From: Antedon mediterranea
Taxonomy: Eukaryota; Animalia; Echinodermata
Assembly: GCF_964355755.1 (NCBI RefSeq)
Contig: NC_092673.1
Location: 10,760,948-10,824,947 of the forward strand
Length of the DNA stretch: 64,000 bases
Reading direction: 5' to 3'
Shown piece by piece: positions 37,975-52,200 of the stretch (position 1 is the stretch's first letter; every line of letters begins with the position of its first letter). A program made the translations under genes and the position numbers. The notes beneath the pieces are model-generated. The model made no database searches. It was not told the DNA's origin and saw only the letters and a program-made list of their open reading frames with translations.

Positions 37975-38814
37975 ATGAATGACAAAAAGGATAAAAAGCA
38001 TGAAAGAAAGTCTCAAAGAAATAAAGAAGTAGAAGAAACAACTACCACTGGAATTGGAGATAAAGGTGAACAAATATTATGCAAATTAAGTAACCTGGAC
38101 AACATAGAAGAACTTTTACAAGGTATTGCAATCAGGCTGTCTACTATAGAAGAAAAACAAAAGCAATTGGAAAAGGATCAGAATGAAATCAAGGATATTA
38201 CTAACCAACTCGAGGTAGGAGTTAACACTTTAATAAACGATCTAGATGAAACTAAAAGTAAAGTTGAAAATTGTGTCAACAAGGATACGCTACTGAAGCT
38301 AGAAAAAAGGTTAGATGATTTGGAAAACAGATCTAGACGAAATAATATTGTTCTATGGGGTGTGTGTGAAGGCTTGGAAAACTCTTTGGACTGTACTGAA
38401 GTATTTTTAGATATAGTTAAATCAATTTTAAAAATTGATAAAGAAATAGAAGTTGAACGAGCGCATCGTAGCCCCATGGGAAAATTAGCCTCTGCTGCAG
38501 CCGCTACAAGATCATCGCCACGCCCTATACATGTAAAACTCCTTCGGTACACGGATAGGGAACTAGTTCTTCGCTCAGCGCCGAAAGCATTGAAAGGTAA
38601 ATATTACCATGAAAACACGGTGTTTATTACCGACGATGTATCCGCTTCAGTTAGAGCGGATAGGGAAAAACTAAGAGCTGATTTAATTAAAATACGAAAA
38701 AGAGGACAGTTTGCTATAATCCTATTTACTGTTCCAGCATACATGTTAATAAAGGGTATTGATGGTAAACTAAAGAGAGTGTACTCTAATGAAGTAAGTG
38801 AGACCAAGAAGTAG
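37975..38814 (+). CDS. LINE ORF1p, L1-like (Transposase_22-type), 279 aa from first ATG, intact
   Basis: Coiled coil then DDLENRSRRNNIVLWGVCE, VERAHR, RPIHVKLLRY, VFITDDVS. Confidence 0.88.
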   Translation: MNDKKDKKHERKSQRNKEVEETTTTGIGDKGEQILCKLSNLDNIEELLQGIAIRLSTIEEKQKQLEKDQNEIKDITNQLEVGVNTLINDLDETKSKVENCVNKDTLLKLEKRLDDLENRSRRNNIVLWGVCEGLENSLDCTEVFLDIVKSILKIDKEIEVERAHRSPMGKLASAAAATRSSPRPIHVKLLRYTDRELVLRSAPKALKGKYYHENTVFITDDVSASVRADREKLRADLIKIRKRGQFAIILFTVPAYMLIKGIDGKLKRVYSNEVSETKK

Positions 38815-39014
38815 ACTTAGACATATACTGTACTGAGATTAATTTTTGTTGGCGGTGAGAGGACTACCGTGTTTCCACTCATTGTATTGAAGAAATAAAC
38901 TTTTTTTTTTCTTATAATGACGTTTTTGAAAAATTTTTTGTATTTGTGTATTTATTTTAGTCTTTGTTTCAGTTGGGCTTACGTTACTTTAGTTAGATAT
39001 GCAAGTAACCTGGT

Positions 39015-41983
39015 ATGCAGGATTTTATAGATTCCTATCTTGAGGAGGACCTTTACATTAATTTAAATAACAAAAGTGTGAAAAATGCAGTAACACCGTC
39101 TGCATTTAATGCGTCTTACAGCACTGTGTTTAATCATGCATTCACTGTAACACACATAAACGCTCGTTCCCTTTAAAAAAAAATTGAAGAAACTCGTTTG
39201 CTCTATGAAGACACACTGATAGGAAAATTTAAAATTATTGGAGTTTCAGAGACATGGAAAATAGACAATCCAGAATTATTGCATTTAAATTCTTATTCTC
39301 TTGAACATAACTGTCGGGAAAATAGTAGAGGCGGCGGGGTTGCTGCATATATTCACCCTTCAATTAAATATAAAGTTCTTCCCTATACTGTTCCAAATAC
39401 TGAATCTTTGTGGTTAGAGGTTTCAGATGGTAATAACTTTATTATTGTGTTATTTATAGAAAGCCAAACACTAGTATACATGAATTTCACAACGGGTTAA
39501 TAAATGTTCTTAATTCTATAAAAATAGATAAACATCAATGTATTCTGCTAGGAGACTTTAATATTGATCTGTCCAAATCGGACGATGATAAGTAGATAGA
39601 TGCATTTTCTACAGCCTTAACTTGTATTAATTTAAATCAAATCATAACCGTTCCTACAAGGATTACGAAAACGTCATCGACAATCATAGATCATATCTAT
39701 ACTAATATTGTTAGTAATTCAATACATTCTGGTACAATCGCATGTGATATTTCAGACCATTTACCTACCTTTGCAATATTTGCTAACACTAAGTATACAG
39801 GAAACGTTAAGGGTAAAATTAAGTATAGAAACTACAAATATTTTGATGAACAAAGATTTATTGATGAACTATCTCTTATTTCTTGGGATGCAATTTACTC
39901 TTGTAATGAGGTTGATGAAGCATACGAGTTATTTGTTTCATTATTTAGTGATTATTGTAATATTCATGCCCCAATGGTAGAAAGATCTTCAAAAAAAAAA
40001 ACAAAAAACAAACCATGGATTACCAAATCAATTAAAAAATTAATTAATAAAAAATATAAGTTGTATTCAAAGGTGATTAAATCAGGACATGAAATTAGTA
40101 AAGTAACCATATATAAGAAGTATAGAAATACGTTAACAAAAGTACTTAGAGTAGCTAAAAGAAATTACTATACTACTTTATTTTTACACAACCAGAATAA
40201 TTCCTCGAAAACATGGCAAACTATCAATAATCTTCTTGGGAAAAACAAATCTAATCACAACCTACCTGAAAAATTAATAATTAAACACGATAATGGTAAT
40301 AAAATAGTTCAGGATACTCCCGAAAAAATTGTAAATACCTTTAATCAGTATTTCACTAACATCGGTCCAACCTTGCAGAGAAAATTGCATCTACATCAAT
40401 GTATTCTGATTTTTTGACAAATGTTTCAGACAAATCTTTCTTTTTAAACCCTACATGTTATGACGAAGTTCTTCATTTATTAAAAGGTATTGATATTAGA
40501 AAATCAGCGGGATATGATGATTTACCGGCTAAATTGATTGTTATAGCTGCAAACGTCATTGCAATGCCGCTATCCTACATTATTAATTTATCATTTACAC
40601 ATAGTCGTTTCCCCACTGCTTTGAAAGTAGTAAAAGTAATACCTCTATTTAAGAAAGGTAATACAGATAACCCCGGTAATTATCGTCCAATTTCCATTTT
40701 GCCTTTATTTAGTAAATTTTTTTGAAAAAATTATCAATAACAGACTTATTATCTTCTTTGAAAAATTTAATTTGTTCTTTAAACACCAGTACGGTTTTCG
40801 TGAAAAATATAGTACAAAATTATCCCTAATTAATCTAATTAATAATTTTCTTTATCAAGTTGATAATAATAAGTCTTCACTAGGTATATTTATTGATTTT
40901 TCTAAAGCCTTCGATACAATTAATCACCAAATTTTGTTATCCAAATTATATTATTATGGTATTAGAGGGCAACCGTTACTTTTGTTTACTGATTATTTAA
41001 AAAATAGATCCCAATTTGTTTTTTCGAACGGTCAAAGCTCCGATCAGTTATCAATTCAATGCGGTGTTCCACAAGGCTCGGTTCTTGGACCCACTCTCTT
41101 TCTAATCTATATTAATGATTTACCAAATTCTTCCAGTTTTTTTAAATATCATTTATTTGCTGACGACACTACCTTATATCACAATTTTGCAGGCAGTAAT
41201 ATTGATTTGTCTATGGTAAATCATCATTTAAAAAAAATATCAAACTGGTGTGATGCTAATAAATTAACTGTTAATTTAGTTAAAACTAATTATATTATTT
41301 TTTGTAACCGATATAAAACTATTAATAAATCAAACAATATTTATTACAAACATGTTATGATTAAAGAAGTCAATGAAATTCAGTTTTTAGGTGTTAAATT
41401 AGATAAACACATCACATGGAAGAGCCATATAAACTTTATTAAAAATAGGATAAAAAAGAAATCTGGAATTCTGTTTAGTTTACGCCATATTGTACCCCGT
41501 AATATTTTACTTATGCTTTATAAATCATTTATTCAATCAAATATTACTTATGGTTTAGAAGTCTGGGGTAGCACGTATAAGTCCCATCTTTATCCTATTT
41601 TACTTGTCCAAAAAATGTGTCTTAGATGTATAACTTTCTCTGATTTTATGGCTCCATCTTCTCCATTATTTAAAGATCTGAGTATTTTAGACGTTTTTAA
41701 GTTGTTCGAATTAAGTATAGTTAAGTTTGTTCATGACCAAATTAACGGCAAAACACCACATCAAACAATGGAATACTTTTATTTAATTACACATAATGCT
41801 AGTACCAGATTTAGTAATAGATATAATTTTGCAATTCCGAAAGCTCGCACAGATGCTGGTAAATTTAGAATTTCTTTTAATGGAGTTCAACTTTGGAATA
41901 ATTTACCCTTAGTTATAAAATGTACCTCTTCTAGATTTAAATTTATAAATGAAGTTAAATGTTTACTTTTACAAAAATATTAA
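39015..41983 (+). pseudogene. CR1/L2-group ORF2 (APE endonuclease + RT), disrupted
   Basis: HINARS, GVSETW, RGGGVAAY, GDFN, PTRIT..IDHIY, SDHLP; KPWIT, NYRPISIL, QYGFR, DFSKAFD, GVPQGSVLGP, FADDT. Breaks near 39175, 39450, 39593 (TAG), 40372 and 40720. Confidence 0.92.
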
Positions 41984-42721
41984 TGTTAGCCCTTGTTTAC
42001 GTTATTTCTTTCATATAGTTGCTGTTTCTTTCTTATTGAATTATTGTTGATAGATGAAAATGTATGCATTATGACTAATTTATTTTTTGTGACAGGAGTC
42101 AAACCTTGATTAGCGAAAGCTATTTTTTGGCTCCTTTTCACACACACATACATTTTATTGTATTGTACTATTTATGTATGATGATGTGAATATAGTAAAG
42201 TAAAAAAAAATGACAGTTTGGTACGCCATAGATTATGATATTGCAAATTGTCGTTAAAAAGTTAAATTTAATTTCAAATTTACGTTTAACTATTAATTTT
42301 ACTGTCGGTTGCATATTATTATATATTTACACCCTCGAAAGATATAATTCAACTTTGAACAAATAGTTATATGGGTGTTCACACAACTGACATATGGCGC
42401 CTCTCAAGTATCCATTCCCATGGCAGTGTATATAACCTTTCCACCTTCTCCATCGTTGATTTTATTTATTATACATTGCTAATTGCAAATAATTGTTTAT
42501 AGGTTTACATTGTTCTTTGTACTTTTAATGTACGTATTCAGTTTTTGGGTGGCTTGATAAGATTGATGTTAAAAAAATGCATTTTCCACTAATAAAATAT
42601 GGAATTGTATCGAGAGAGTATCGTAATTTCGGGCAGAATGGTTTTCGGTCTGGAAAGGTCATTATTACACTGTCTGGAGTGTTGATATTTATACATCGAA
42701 TGTTCGAATCGAATCGAATAG

Positions 42722-45486
42722 TAGTCCAGTAAAAATATGGTTGAACCTAGAACAAATTGCAACAGAATTTTTTTAAATTTTATTTGGTTGATATGGTGAA
42801 CATGAACATCATATCCAAAGTTTACCAAAATCGGACATCGGGAAGTGGGTTAATTAGCATAAATTCAAAATGGCCGCCATTTGCTATTTTAAAGCCCCAT
42901 ATCTCCTTAACGGTTGGATTTAGACCACCTATATGCATTACGAGTAGATATAAATGTAATATTAAACATTCTAACTGGCATATTTAAATTTCCATAGGAC
43001 GTACCTATGACGTCATATGGTAGTTGTGACGTCATAAATTATGTTATAAATGCTTAAATGACATTATACTATGCGAACAATTTAGAAACTGCAAAAAAAC
43101 AAGTTTCCTAACATTCTCCTTGTTGAAATGAACATAATTTCCAAAGTTGACCAAAATCGGACGTCAAGAAGTGTGTTAATTAGCATAAATTAAAAATGGC
43201 CGCTATTTACTATATCATTTTGAAGCCCTATATCTCCTTAATGGTGGTTTTAGACCACCAAAGTGCATTGCGAGTAGATATAAATGTGACATTAAACTTC
43301 CCAATTAGCACATTTAAATTACCATATGACGTAAATATGACGTCATAAGGTAGTTGCGACGTCATATATTATGTTATAACTGCTTAAATGGCATTATCCC
43401 ATGCTAAAAAATGTAGAAACTGCAGGAAAACAATTTTCTAACAATTTCCTGTTGAAATGAACATGATATCCTAAGTTCACCAAAATCAGATTTCAAGAGG
43501 GTCAATAATAGCATAAATTCAAAATACCATTTTGAAGCCCTGTATCTACTTAGCGGTTGGGTTTAGACAGCCTATGTGCATTACGAGTAGATATATATGT
43601 AAAAACCATTGAAATTTATCATTAAGTTTCCATTTACAAAATCTTATGAAAATAGATATTCTACAGAACCGTATGAAAGGTGATCATCAACTGTATTTCC
43701 GAAACTGATTTGTACTCAAGCGCACATCTTTTAGAACTTTATCTCTTTAAATTGTTAAAGGAATAAAAAAAATATTGTAATGAGGCGATTGATTGTGGGT
43801 CAGGCTATTCAAACCCATCATTCCCACAAACTCATCTCAACTGAAATGAAAATGATAAATGTCATACTGTAGTTTTCTGTATAGTCAGCATCTCCATTCT
43901 GCTCTTTCAAATTTGCTATTTCATTGCATCTGTTTGGTGTCGATCATTTATGAGACAACAACTTTTTATGATGTTTTATATAATGTTTATCTTTTGAATG
44001 CTGTTTCCAAGATTCAATGAGCATATAACAAGGACACTTCATCCTAGTGTTAACTAGGATGAAGAACCATCAGTTAAAAGATACACATCAACGGAATCCA
44101 AAAAGGGGTAGTTAAGGTAATACAGTAATTTTCAAACTTGCCACTACTAATTACAGTATTTTATTTTTCGACAAGACAGTATTCAACTTCCTTGACAAAA
44201 AATGTCAGAAAAATGGAATAGAAACTTTGAATGCAGATGGGGATCTATTAAATATCTTACTTTGCCATAATTAAGAAAAGCGATTGCGTTTTAAGACAGA
44301 AGAAGCAAAAAATAGTGGAATAATTGGTACTTAAAGAAAACATCTTAAGGAGCAAATTTGCAACATCTTTGTAATGCTCTGCACTTGCAAAGAAACAGGG
44401 GGGATGCATTCTATTCTAAGCGTAGACTTGCTGTGCCTACATGTATGGTGGAAGTATTTTGACGGCGCCAACATTACATTTTCTATGTATGTACTTTGGA
44501 TTGGAAACTTACTGTGATCCAACTCCATATTTAGGATGGGGTCGAATTATTAAATCCCAGACTCATTACTTAATTAAGAATCCTATTTCTTTAAATATAT
44601 ATGAGATATATGAGATATATATGCAGTTATAAAAAGTTGCAGTTGCAGAAAATTAACTGGAATGTTCTATTGCATGTTGTGAAGGGTGGCCGAATAACTT
44701 CTGATACCCATGATCTTAACCTGGATGTGGTAAATGTTCTACTATTTTCATGAGATAAAAATCATTTTTTCCTTTCGGTTTCTATATTTTCCCCTTAGAA
44801 TAATGGCAATTGAGCATTATTGTGACAAAATACATGACGTCATATGTCTTATTACATCATAGGTACGTTATATGGCAATTTAAATATGCTAATTATAAAG
44901 TTTAATATCACATTTATATCTACTCTCAATGCACTTAGGTGGTCTAAAACCAAGCGTTAAGGAGATATGGAGCTTCAAAATGGTATGATAAATAGCGGCC
45001 ATTTTGAATGTATGCTAATTAACCCACTTCCTGACGTCCGATTTTGGTAAACTTTGGAAATAATGTTCATTTTAACAAGGAGAATGTCAAGAAACATGTT
45101 TTCTTGCAGTCCCTAAATTGTTCGAATAGTATAATGTCATTTAAACAGTTATAACATAATATATGACGTCACAACTACCATATGACGTCATAAGTACGTC
45201 ATATGGAAATTTAAATATGCTAATTAGAATGTTTAATATCACATTTATATCTACTCGTAATGCACTTAGGTGGTCTAAATCCAACCGTTAGAGAGATATG
45301 AGGCTTCAAAATAGCAAATGGCGGCCATTTTGAATTTATGCTAATTAACCTACTTCCCGATGTCCGATTTTGGTAAACTTTGGATATGATATTCATTTGA
45401 ACCATATTTACCAGACAAAACAAAAAAAAATTCTGTTGCAATTTGTTCTAGGTTCACACTATTTTTGACTTATCTTTACTGGACTA
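42722..45486. mobile_element. Non-autonomous TIR DNA transposon, Academ-like (TAG...CTA ends, 3-bp TSD, long imperfect TIRs)
   Basis: Ends TAGTCCAGTAAA / TTTACTGGACTA; TAG duplicated at 42719-42721 and 45487-45489 versus a single TAG at the empty site (reverse complement of 18508-18510). About 650 bp of inverted similarity built from ~330-bp subrepeats. Confidence 0.82.
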
Positions 45487-46103
45487 TAGCCCCATTATTG
45501 AAGATTAACCGAAGAGGTCCTAGACAACTTGCATAATCTTGGAGAAGCCCAGACCCTCAGTCAAACCAGAATGGTTTTCGGTCTGGAAAGGTCATTATTA
45601 CACTGTCTGGGGTGTTGATATTTATACATCGAATGTTTTATGGGCAATCAGTCCTGAACCTAGCCAACTACTACTGTAGGTTAAACGTTATTAGGTTTCG
45701 CAGGGTGGATGACTGTTATAATAAAACTAACGTGAGCAATCTTTTGTAGTCAGTTCTTTAAATTTTTTTTTTCAAATAATTATTATTTCTGCAATGACTA
45801 TTATTATCTTAAAGATATATTGTCCCCTGAAAAAATGATTAGGTACGTAACGAAGATAAATTAATTTCTTTTTACATTAAATTGAGGGCGCTAAACATAA
45901 AATTTACGAGATCAAATACATGCAGCGAAAGCCAAAAAAATTTTTAAAATGTGCTCTCCCTGCGACCCCAGCCTTGGGGTTGTTTCCACCACATCATCAC
46001 CAGATGCATTGCTAGTGCCTTCTCAAGATGTGTGGTGGAAAGGGGGATGTAAATTCTGTGAACCCCAAACACAGTTGGTCGCATACCTTTAACTCTATTT
46101 CAC

Positions 46104-46176
46104 CGACCAGCGTGGGAATCGAACCCACGACATACGTGTTGTCAAAACGACGCTCAGTCGTCTGAGCTAACTGGCC
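46104..46176 (-). tRNA. tRNA-like head, copy 3 (GAC loop); element extends down to about 45946
   Basis: Reverse complement GGCCAGTTAGCTCAGACGACTGAGCGTCGTTTTGACAACACGTATGTCGTGGGTTCGATTCCCACGCTGGTCG; acceptor stem fully paired, extra anticodon-stem mismatch. Confidence 0.6.
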
Positions 46177-46239
46177 ATTTTGGTTCTAAAAAGGTTAATA
46201 TGATATTTATGACGTAATGATGAATTACGTAATACACAT

Positions 46240-49200
46240 ATAAATAGACTATTATAAACCATTCTGTCGTGTACTACTTTATGGCATAACGGGTAATGCT
46301 CAGTTTTGAGTGCTCCCAGTAGTGGGTTCGAACCTGTAAGGATATTTTTTTTTTATTTGAAAATAAATATTGTTTTTGAAAGTTTGATATTTTTATGGTT
46401 TTAAATGTCAAGCCTAACCAAGTGGACCTTTTTTTAAATCAGAAACAAAGTTGCATAACATCATTTTACATTGATTGATCATTTATTTCATATATATAGA
46501 CTATTATCAGCTCCTCAGTCATCTACTGGTTTGTGGAGTAACGGGTAATGCTCAGGTTTGAGTGCTCTCAGTAGTGGGTTCGAACCTATACGGGTATTTT
46601 TTTTCTTTTTTTTTTAATTGAAAATAAATATTGTTTTTGAAAGTGAGATATTTTGAGGGTTGCAACTGTCAGGTCTAAACAAGTGAGCCTTTTTTAAAAA
46701 CAGAAACAAAGTTGCATGGCATTATTTTTCATTGATTGATCATCCATTTCATATAAATAGACTATTATCAGCTCTTCAGTCATATACTGGTTTGCGGCGT
46801 AACGGGTAATGCTCAGGTTTGAGTGCTCTGAGTAGTGGGTCGAACCTCTAGGGATATTTTTTTTCTTTTTTTTTTAAATTGAAAATAAATATTGTTTTTG
46901 AAAGTGAGATATTTTTATGGTTTTAAATGTCAAGCCTAACCAAGTGGACTTTTTTAAAATCAGAAACAAAGTTGCATAACATCATTTTACATTGATGGAT
47001 CATTCATTTCATATAAATAGACTATTATCAGCTCTTCACTCATCTACTGGTTTGTGGCGTAACCGGTAGTGCTCAGGTTGGAGTTCTCGCAGTAGTGGGT
47101 TCGAACCTCTACGAATATTTTTTTCTTTCTTTTTTTTTAATTGAAAATAAATATTGTTTTTGAAAGTGAGATATTTTGAGTGTTGTAAATGTCAGGCCTA
47201 AACAAGTGGACCTTTTTTAAAATCAGAAACAAAGTTGCAGGGCATTATTTTTCATTGATTGATCATTCATTTCATATAAATAGACTATTATCAGCTCCTC
47301 AGTCATCTACTGGTTTGTGGCGTAACGCAGAATGCTCAGGTTTGAGTGCTCTCAGTAGTGGGCTCGAACCTCTAGGGATTTTTTTTTTAAATTGAAAATA
47401 AATATTGTTTTTGAAAGTGAGATATTTTGAGGGTTGTAAATATCAGGCCTAAACAAGTGGACCTTTTTTAAAATCAGAAACAAAGTTGCATGGCATTATT
47501 TTTCATTGATTTATTATTTATTTCATATAAATAGTGTATTATCAGCACGTCAGTCATCTACTGGTTTGTGGCGTAACGGGTAATACCCAGGTTTGAGTGC
47601 TCTCAGTAGCGGGTTCCAACCTCTAGGGATATTGCTTTTTTTTTTCTTATTGAAAATAAATATTTTTTTTGAAAATGAGATATTTTTTAGGGTTGTGAAT
47701 GTCAGGCCTAAACAAATGGATCTTTTTTAAAATCAGAAACAAAGTTGCATGGCATTATTTTTCATTGATTGATCATTCATTTCATATAAATAGACTATTA
47801 TCAGCTCTTCAGTCATCTACTGGTTTGTGGCGTAACGGGTAATGCTCATGTTTGAGTGCTCTGAGTAGTGGGTCGAACCTCTAGGGATATTTTTTTTCTT
47901 TTTTTTTTAAATTGAAAATAAATATGGTTTTTGAAAGTGAGATATTTTTAGGGTTGCAACTGTCAGAACTAAACAAGTGAACCTTTTTTAAAATCAGAAA
48001 CAAAGTTGCATGGCATTATTTTTCATTGATTGATCATTCATTTCATATATATAGACTATTATCAGCTCCCCAGTCATCTACTGGTTTGTGGCGTAACGGG
48101 TAATGCTCAGGTTTGAGGGCTCTCAGTAGTGGGGTCGAACCTATAAGGGTATTTTTTTTTTTTTTTTTTTAATTGAAAATAAATATTGTTTTTGAAAGTG
48201 AGATATTTTGAGGGTTGTAAATATCCGGCCTAAACAAGTGGACCTTTTTTAAAATCAGAAACAAAGTTGCATGGCATTATTTTTCATTGATTGATTATTT
48301 ATTTCATATAAATAGTGTATTATCAGCTCGTCAGTCATCTACTGGTTTGTGGCGTAACGGGTAATACCCAGGTTTGAGTGCTCTCAGTAGCGGGTTCCAA
48401 CCTCTAGGGATATTGCTTTTTTTTTCTTATTGAAAATAAATATTTTTTTTGAAAATGAGATATTTTTTAGGGTTGTGAATGTCAGGCCTAAACAAATGGA
48501 TCTTTTTTAAAATCAGAAACAAAGTTGCATGGCATTATTTTTCATTGATTGATCATTCATTTCATATAAATAGACTATTATCAGCTCTTCAGTCATCTAC
48601 TGGTTTGTGGCGTAACGGGTAATGCTCAGGTTTGAGTGCTCTGAGTAGTGGGTCGAACCTCTAGGGATATTTTTTTTCTTTTTTTTTTAAATTGAAAATA
48701 AATATGGTTTTTGAAAGTGAGATATTTTTAGGGTTGCAACTGTCAGAACTAAACAAGTGAACCTTTTTTAAAATCAGAAACAAAGTTGCATGGCATTATT
48801 TTTCATTGATTGATCATTCATTTCATATATATAGACTATTATCAGCTCCCCAGTCATCTACTGGTTTGTGGCGTAACGGGTAATGCTCAGGTTTGAGGGC
48901 TCTCAGTAGTGGGGTCGAACCTATAAGGGTATTTTTTTTTCTTTTTTTTTTAATTGAAAATAAATATTGTTTTTGAAAGTGAGATATTTTGAGGGTTTTA
49001 AATGTCAAGCCTAACCAAGTGGACCTTTTTTTAAATCAGAAACAAAGTTGCATAACGTCATTTTACATTGATGGATCATTCATTTCATATAAATAGACTA
49101 ATATCAGCCCTTCACTCTTCTACTGGTTTGTGGCGTAACCGGTAATGCTCAGGTTTGAGTTCTCTCAGTAGTGGGTGGTACGAACCTCTAGGAATTTTTT

Positions 49201-52200
49201 TTTCTTTTTTTTTTATTTGAAAATAAATATTGTTTTTGAAAGTGAGATATTTTTATGGTTTTAAATGTCAAGCCTATCCAAGTGGACCTTTTTTTAAATC
49301 AGAAACAAAGTTGCATAACATCATTTTACATTGATTTATTATTCATTTCATATAAATTGAATATTATCAGCACTTCACTCATCTACTAGTTTGTGGCGTA
49401 ACCGGTAATGCTCAGGTTTGAGTTCTCTCAGTAGTGGGTTCGAACCTCTAGGGATATTTTTTTTCTTTTTTTTTTTAAATTGAAAATAAATATTGTTTTT
49501 GAAAGTGAGATATTTTGAGGGTTGTAAATGTCAGGCCTAAACAAGTGGACCTTTTTTTAAATCAGAAACAAAGTTGCATAACATCATTTTACATTGATGG
49601 ATCATTCATTTCATATAAATAGACTATTATCAGCTCTTCACTCATCGACTGGTTTGTGGCGTAACGGATAATGCTCAGGTTTGAGTGCTCTCAGTAGTGG
49701 GTTCGAACTTCTAGAGATTTTGTTTTTTTTTAAATTGAAAATAAATATTTTTTTTGAAAGTGAGATATTTTGAGTGTTGTAAATATCAGGCCTAAAGAAG
49801 TGGACCTTTTTTAAAATCAGAAACAAAGTTGCATGGCATTATTTTTCATTGATTGATCATTCATTTCATATAACTAGACTATTATCAGTTCTTCACTCAT
49901 CTACTGGTTTGTGGCGTAACCGGTAGTGCTCAGGTTTGAGTGCGCTCAGTAGTGGGTTCGAACCTCTAGGTATTTTTTTTTTTAAATTGAAAATAAATAT
50001 TGTTTTTGAAAGTGAGATATTTTGAGGGTTGTAAATATCAGGCCTAAACAAGTGGACCTTTTTTAAAATCAGAAACAAAGTTGCATGGCATTATTTTTCA
50101 TTGATTTATTATTTCTTTCATATAAATAGACTATTATCAGCTCTTCAGTCATATACTGGTTTGCGGCGTAACGGGTAATGCTCAGGTTTGAGTTCTCTCA
50201 GTAGTGGGTTCGAACCTCTAGGATTATTTTTTTTCTTTTTTTTTTGTTTGAAAATAAATATTGTTTTTGAAAGTGAGATATTTTTATGGTTTTAAATGTC
50301 AAGCCTAACCAAGTGGACCTTTTTTTAAATCAGAAACAAAGTTGCATAACATCATTTTACATTGATGGATCATTCATTTCATATAAATAGACTATTATCA
50401 GCTCTTCACTTATCTACTGGTTTGTGGCGTAACCGGTAGTGCTCAGGTTTGAGTTCTCGCAGTAGTGGGTTCGAACCTCTACGAATATTTTTTTTCTTTC
50501 TTTTTTTTTAATTGAAAATAAATATTGTTTTTGAAAGTGAGATATTTTGAGTGTTGTAAATGTCAGGCCTAAACAAGTGGACCTTTTAAAATCAGAAACA
50601 AAGTTGCATGGCATTATTTTTCATTGATTGATCATTCATTTCATGTAAATAGACTATTATCAGCTCCTCAGTCATCTACTGGTTTGTGGCGTAACGGATA
50701 ATGCTCAGGTTTGAGTGCTCTCAGTAGTGGGTTTGAACCTCTAGGGATTTTTTTTTTTAAATTGAAAATAAATATTGTTTTTGAAAGTGAGATATTTTGA
50801 GGGTTGTAAATATCAGGCCTAAACAAGTGGACCTTTTTTAAAATCAGAAACAAAGTTGCATGGCATTATTTTTCATTGATTTATTATTTATTTCATATAA
50901 ATAGACTATTATCAGCTCTTTAGTCATATACTGGTTTGCGGCGTAACGGGTAATGCTCAGGTTTGAGTAATTTCAATAGTGGGTTCGAACTTCTAGGGAT
51001 ATTTTTTTTCTTTTTTTTTTTGGTTGAAAATAAATATTGTTTTTGAAAGTGAGATATTTTGAGGGTTGCAACTGTCAGGCCTAAACAAGTGAACCTTTTT
51101 TAAAATCAGAAACAAAGTTGCATGGCATTATTTTTCATTGATTGATCATTCATTTCATATATATAGACTATTATCAGCTCCCCAGTCATCTACTGGTTTG
51201 TGGCGTAACGGGTAATGCTCAGGTTTGAGGGCTCTCAGTAGTGGGGTCGAACCTATAAGGGTATTTTTTTTCTTTTTTTTTTATTTGAAAATAAATATTG
51301 TTTTTGAAAGTGAGATATTTTGAGGGTTGCAACTGTCAGGCCTAAACAAGTGAACCTTTTTTGAAATCAGAAACAAAGTTGCATGGCATTATTTTTCATT
51401 GATTGATCATCTATTTCATATAAATAGACTATTATCAGCTCTTCAATCATATACTGGTTTGCGGCGTAACGGGTAATGCTCAGGTTTGAGTGATTTCAAT
51501 AGTGGGTTCGAACTCCTAGGGATATTTTTTTTCTTTTTTTTTTATTTGAAAATAAATATTGTTTTTGAAAGTGAGATATTTTTATGGTTTTAAATGTCAA
51601 GCCTAACCAAGTGGACATTTTTTTAAATCAGAAACAAAGTTGCATAACATCATTTTACATTGATGGATCATTCATTTCATATAAATAGACTATTATCAGC
51701 TCTTCACTCATCTACTGGTTTGTGGCGTAACCGGTAATGCTCAGGTTTGAGTTCTCTCAGTAGTGGGTTCGAACCTCTAGGATTAGTTTTTTTCTTTTTT
51801 TTTTGTTTGAAAATAAATATTGTTTTTGAAAGTGAGATATTTTTATGGTTTTAAATGTCAAGCCTAACCAAGTGGACCTTTTTTTAAATCAGAAACAAAG
51901 TTGCATAACATCATTTAACATTGATGGATCATTCATTTCATATAAATAGACTATAATCAGCTCTTCACTCATCTACTGGTTTGTGGCGTAACCGGTATTG
52001 CTCAGGTTTGAGTTCTCGCAGTAGTGGGTTCGAACCTCTAGGATTAGTTTTTTTCTTCTTTTTTTTTGTTTGAAAATAAATATTGTTTTTGAAAGTGAGA
52101 TATTTTTATGGTTTTAAATGTCAAGCCTAACCAAGTGGACCTTTTTTAAAATCAGAAACAAAGTTGCATAACATCATTTTACATTGATGGATCATGCATT

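Larger units (their letters stand above)
37834..42208 (+). mobile_element. Full-length decayed CR1/L2-group LINE (Crack/Daphne-like)
   Basis: Interrupts the right arm (empty site is the reverse complement of about 19011-19030: GCCTAAATA|AATGACAG). Two ORFs, 3'UTR stem-loop, short A tail, no TSD. Clade is inferred from motifs only. Confidence 0.88.

Noticed and set aside
42722-45486. Tc1/mariner MITE with TA TSD
   Set aside because: The empty site shows a TAG duplication; assuming a TA TSD leaves asymmetric termini.
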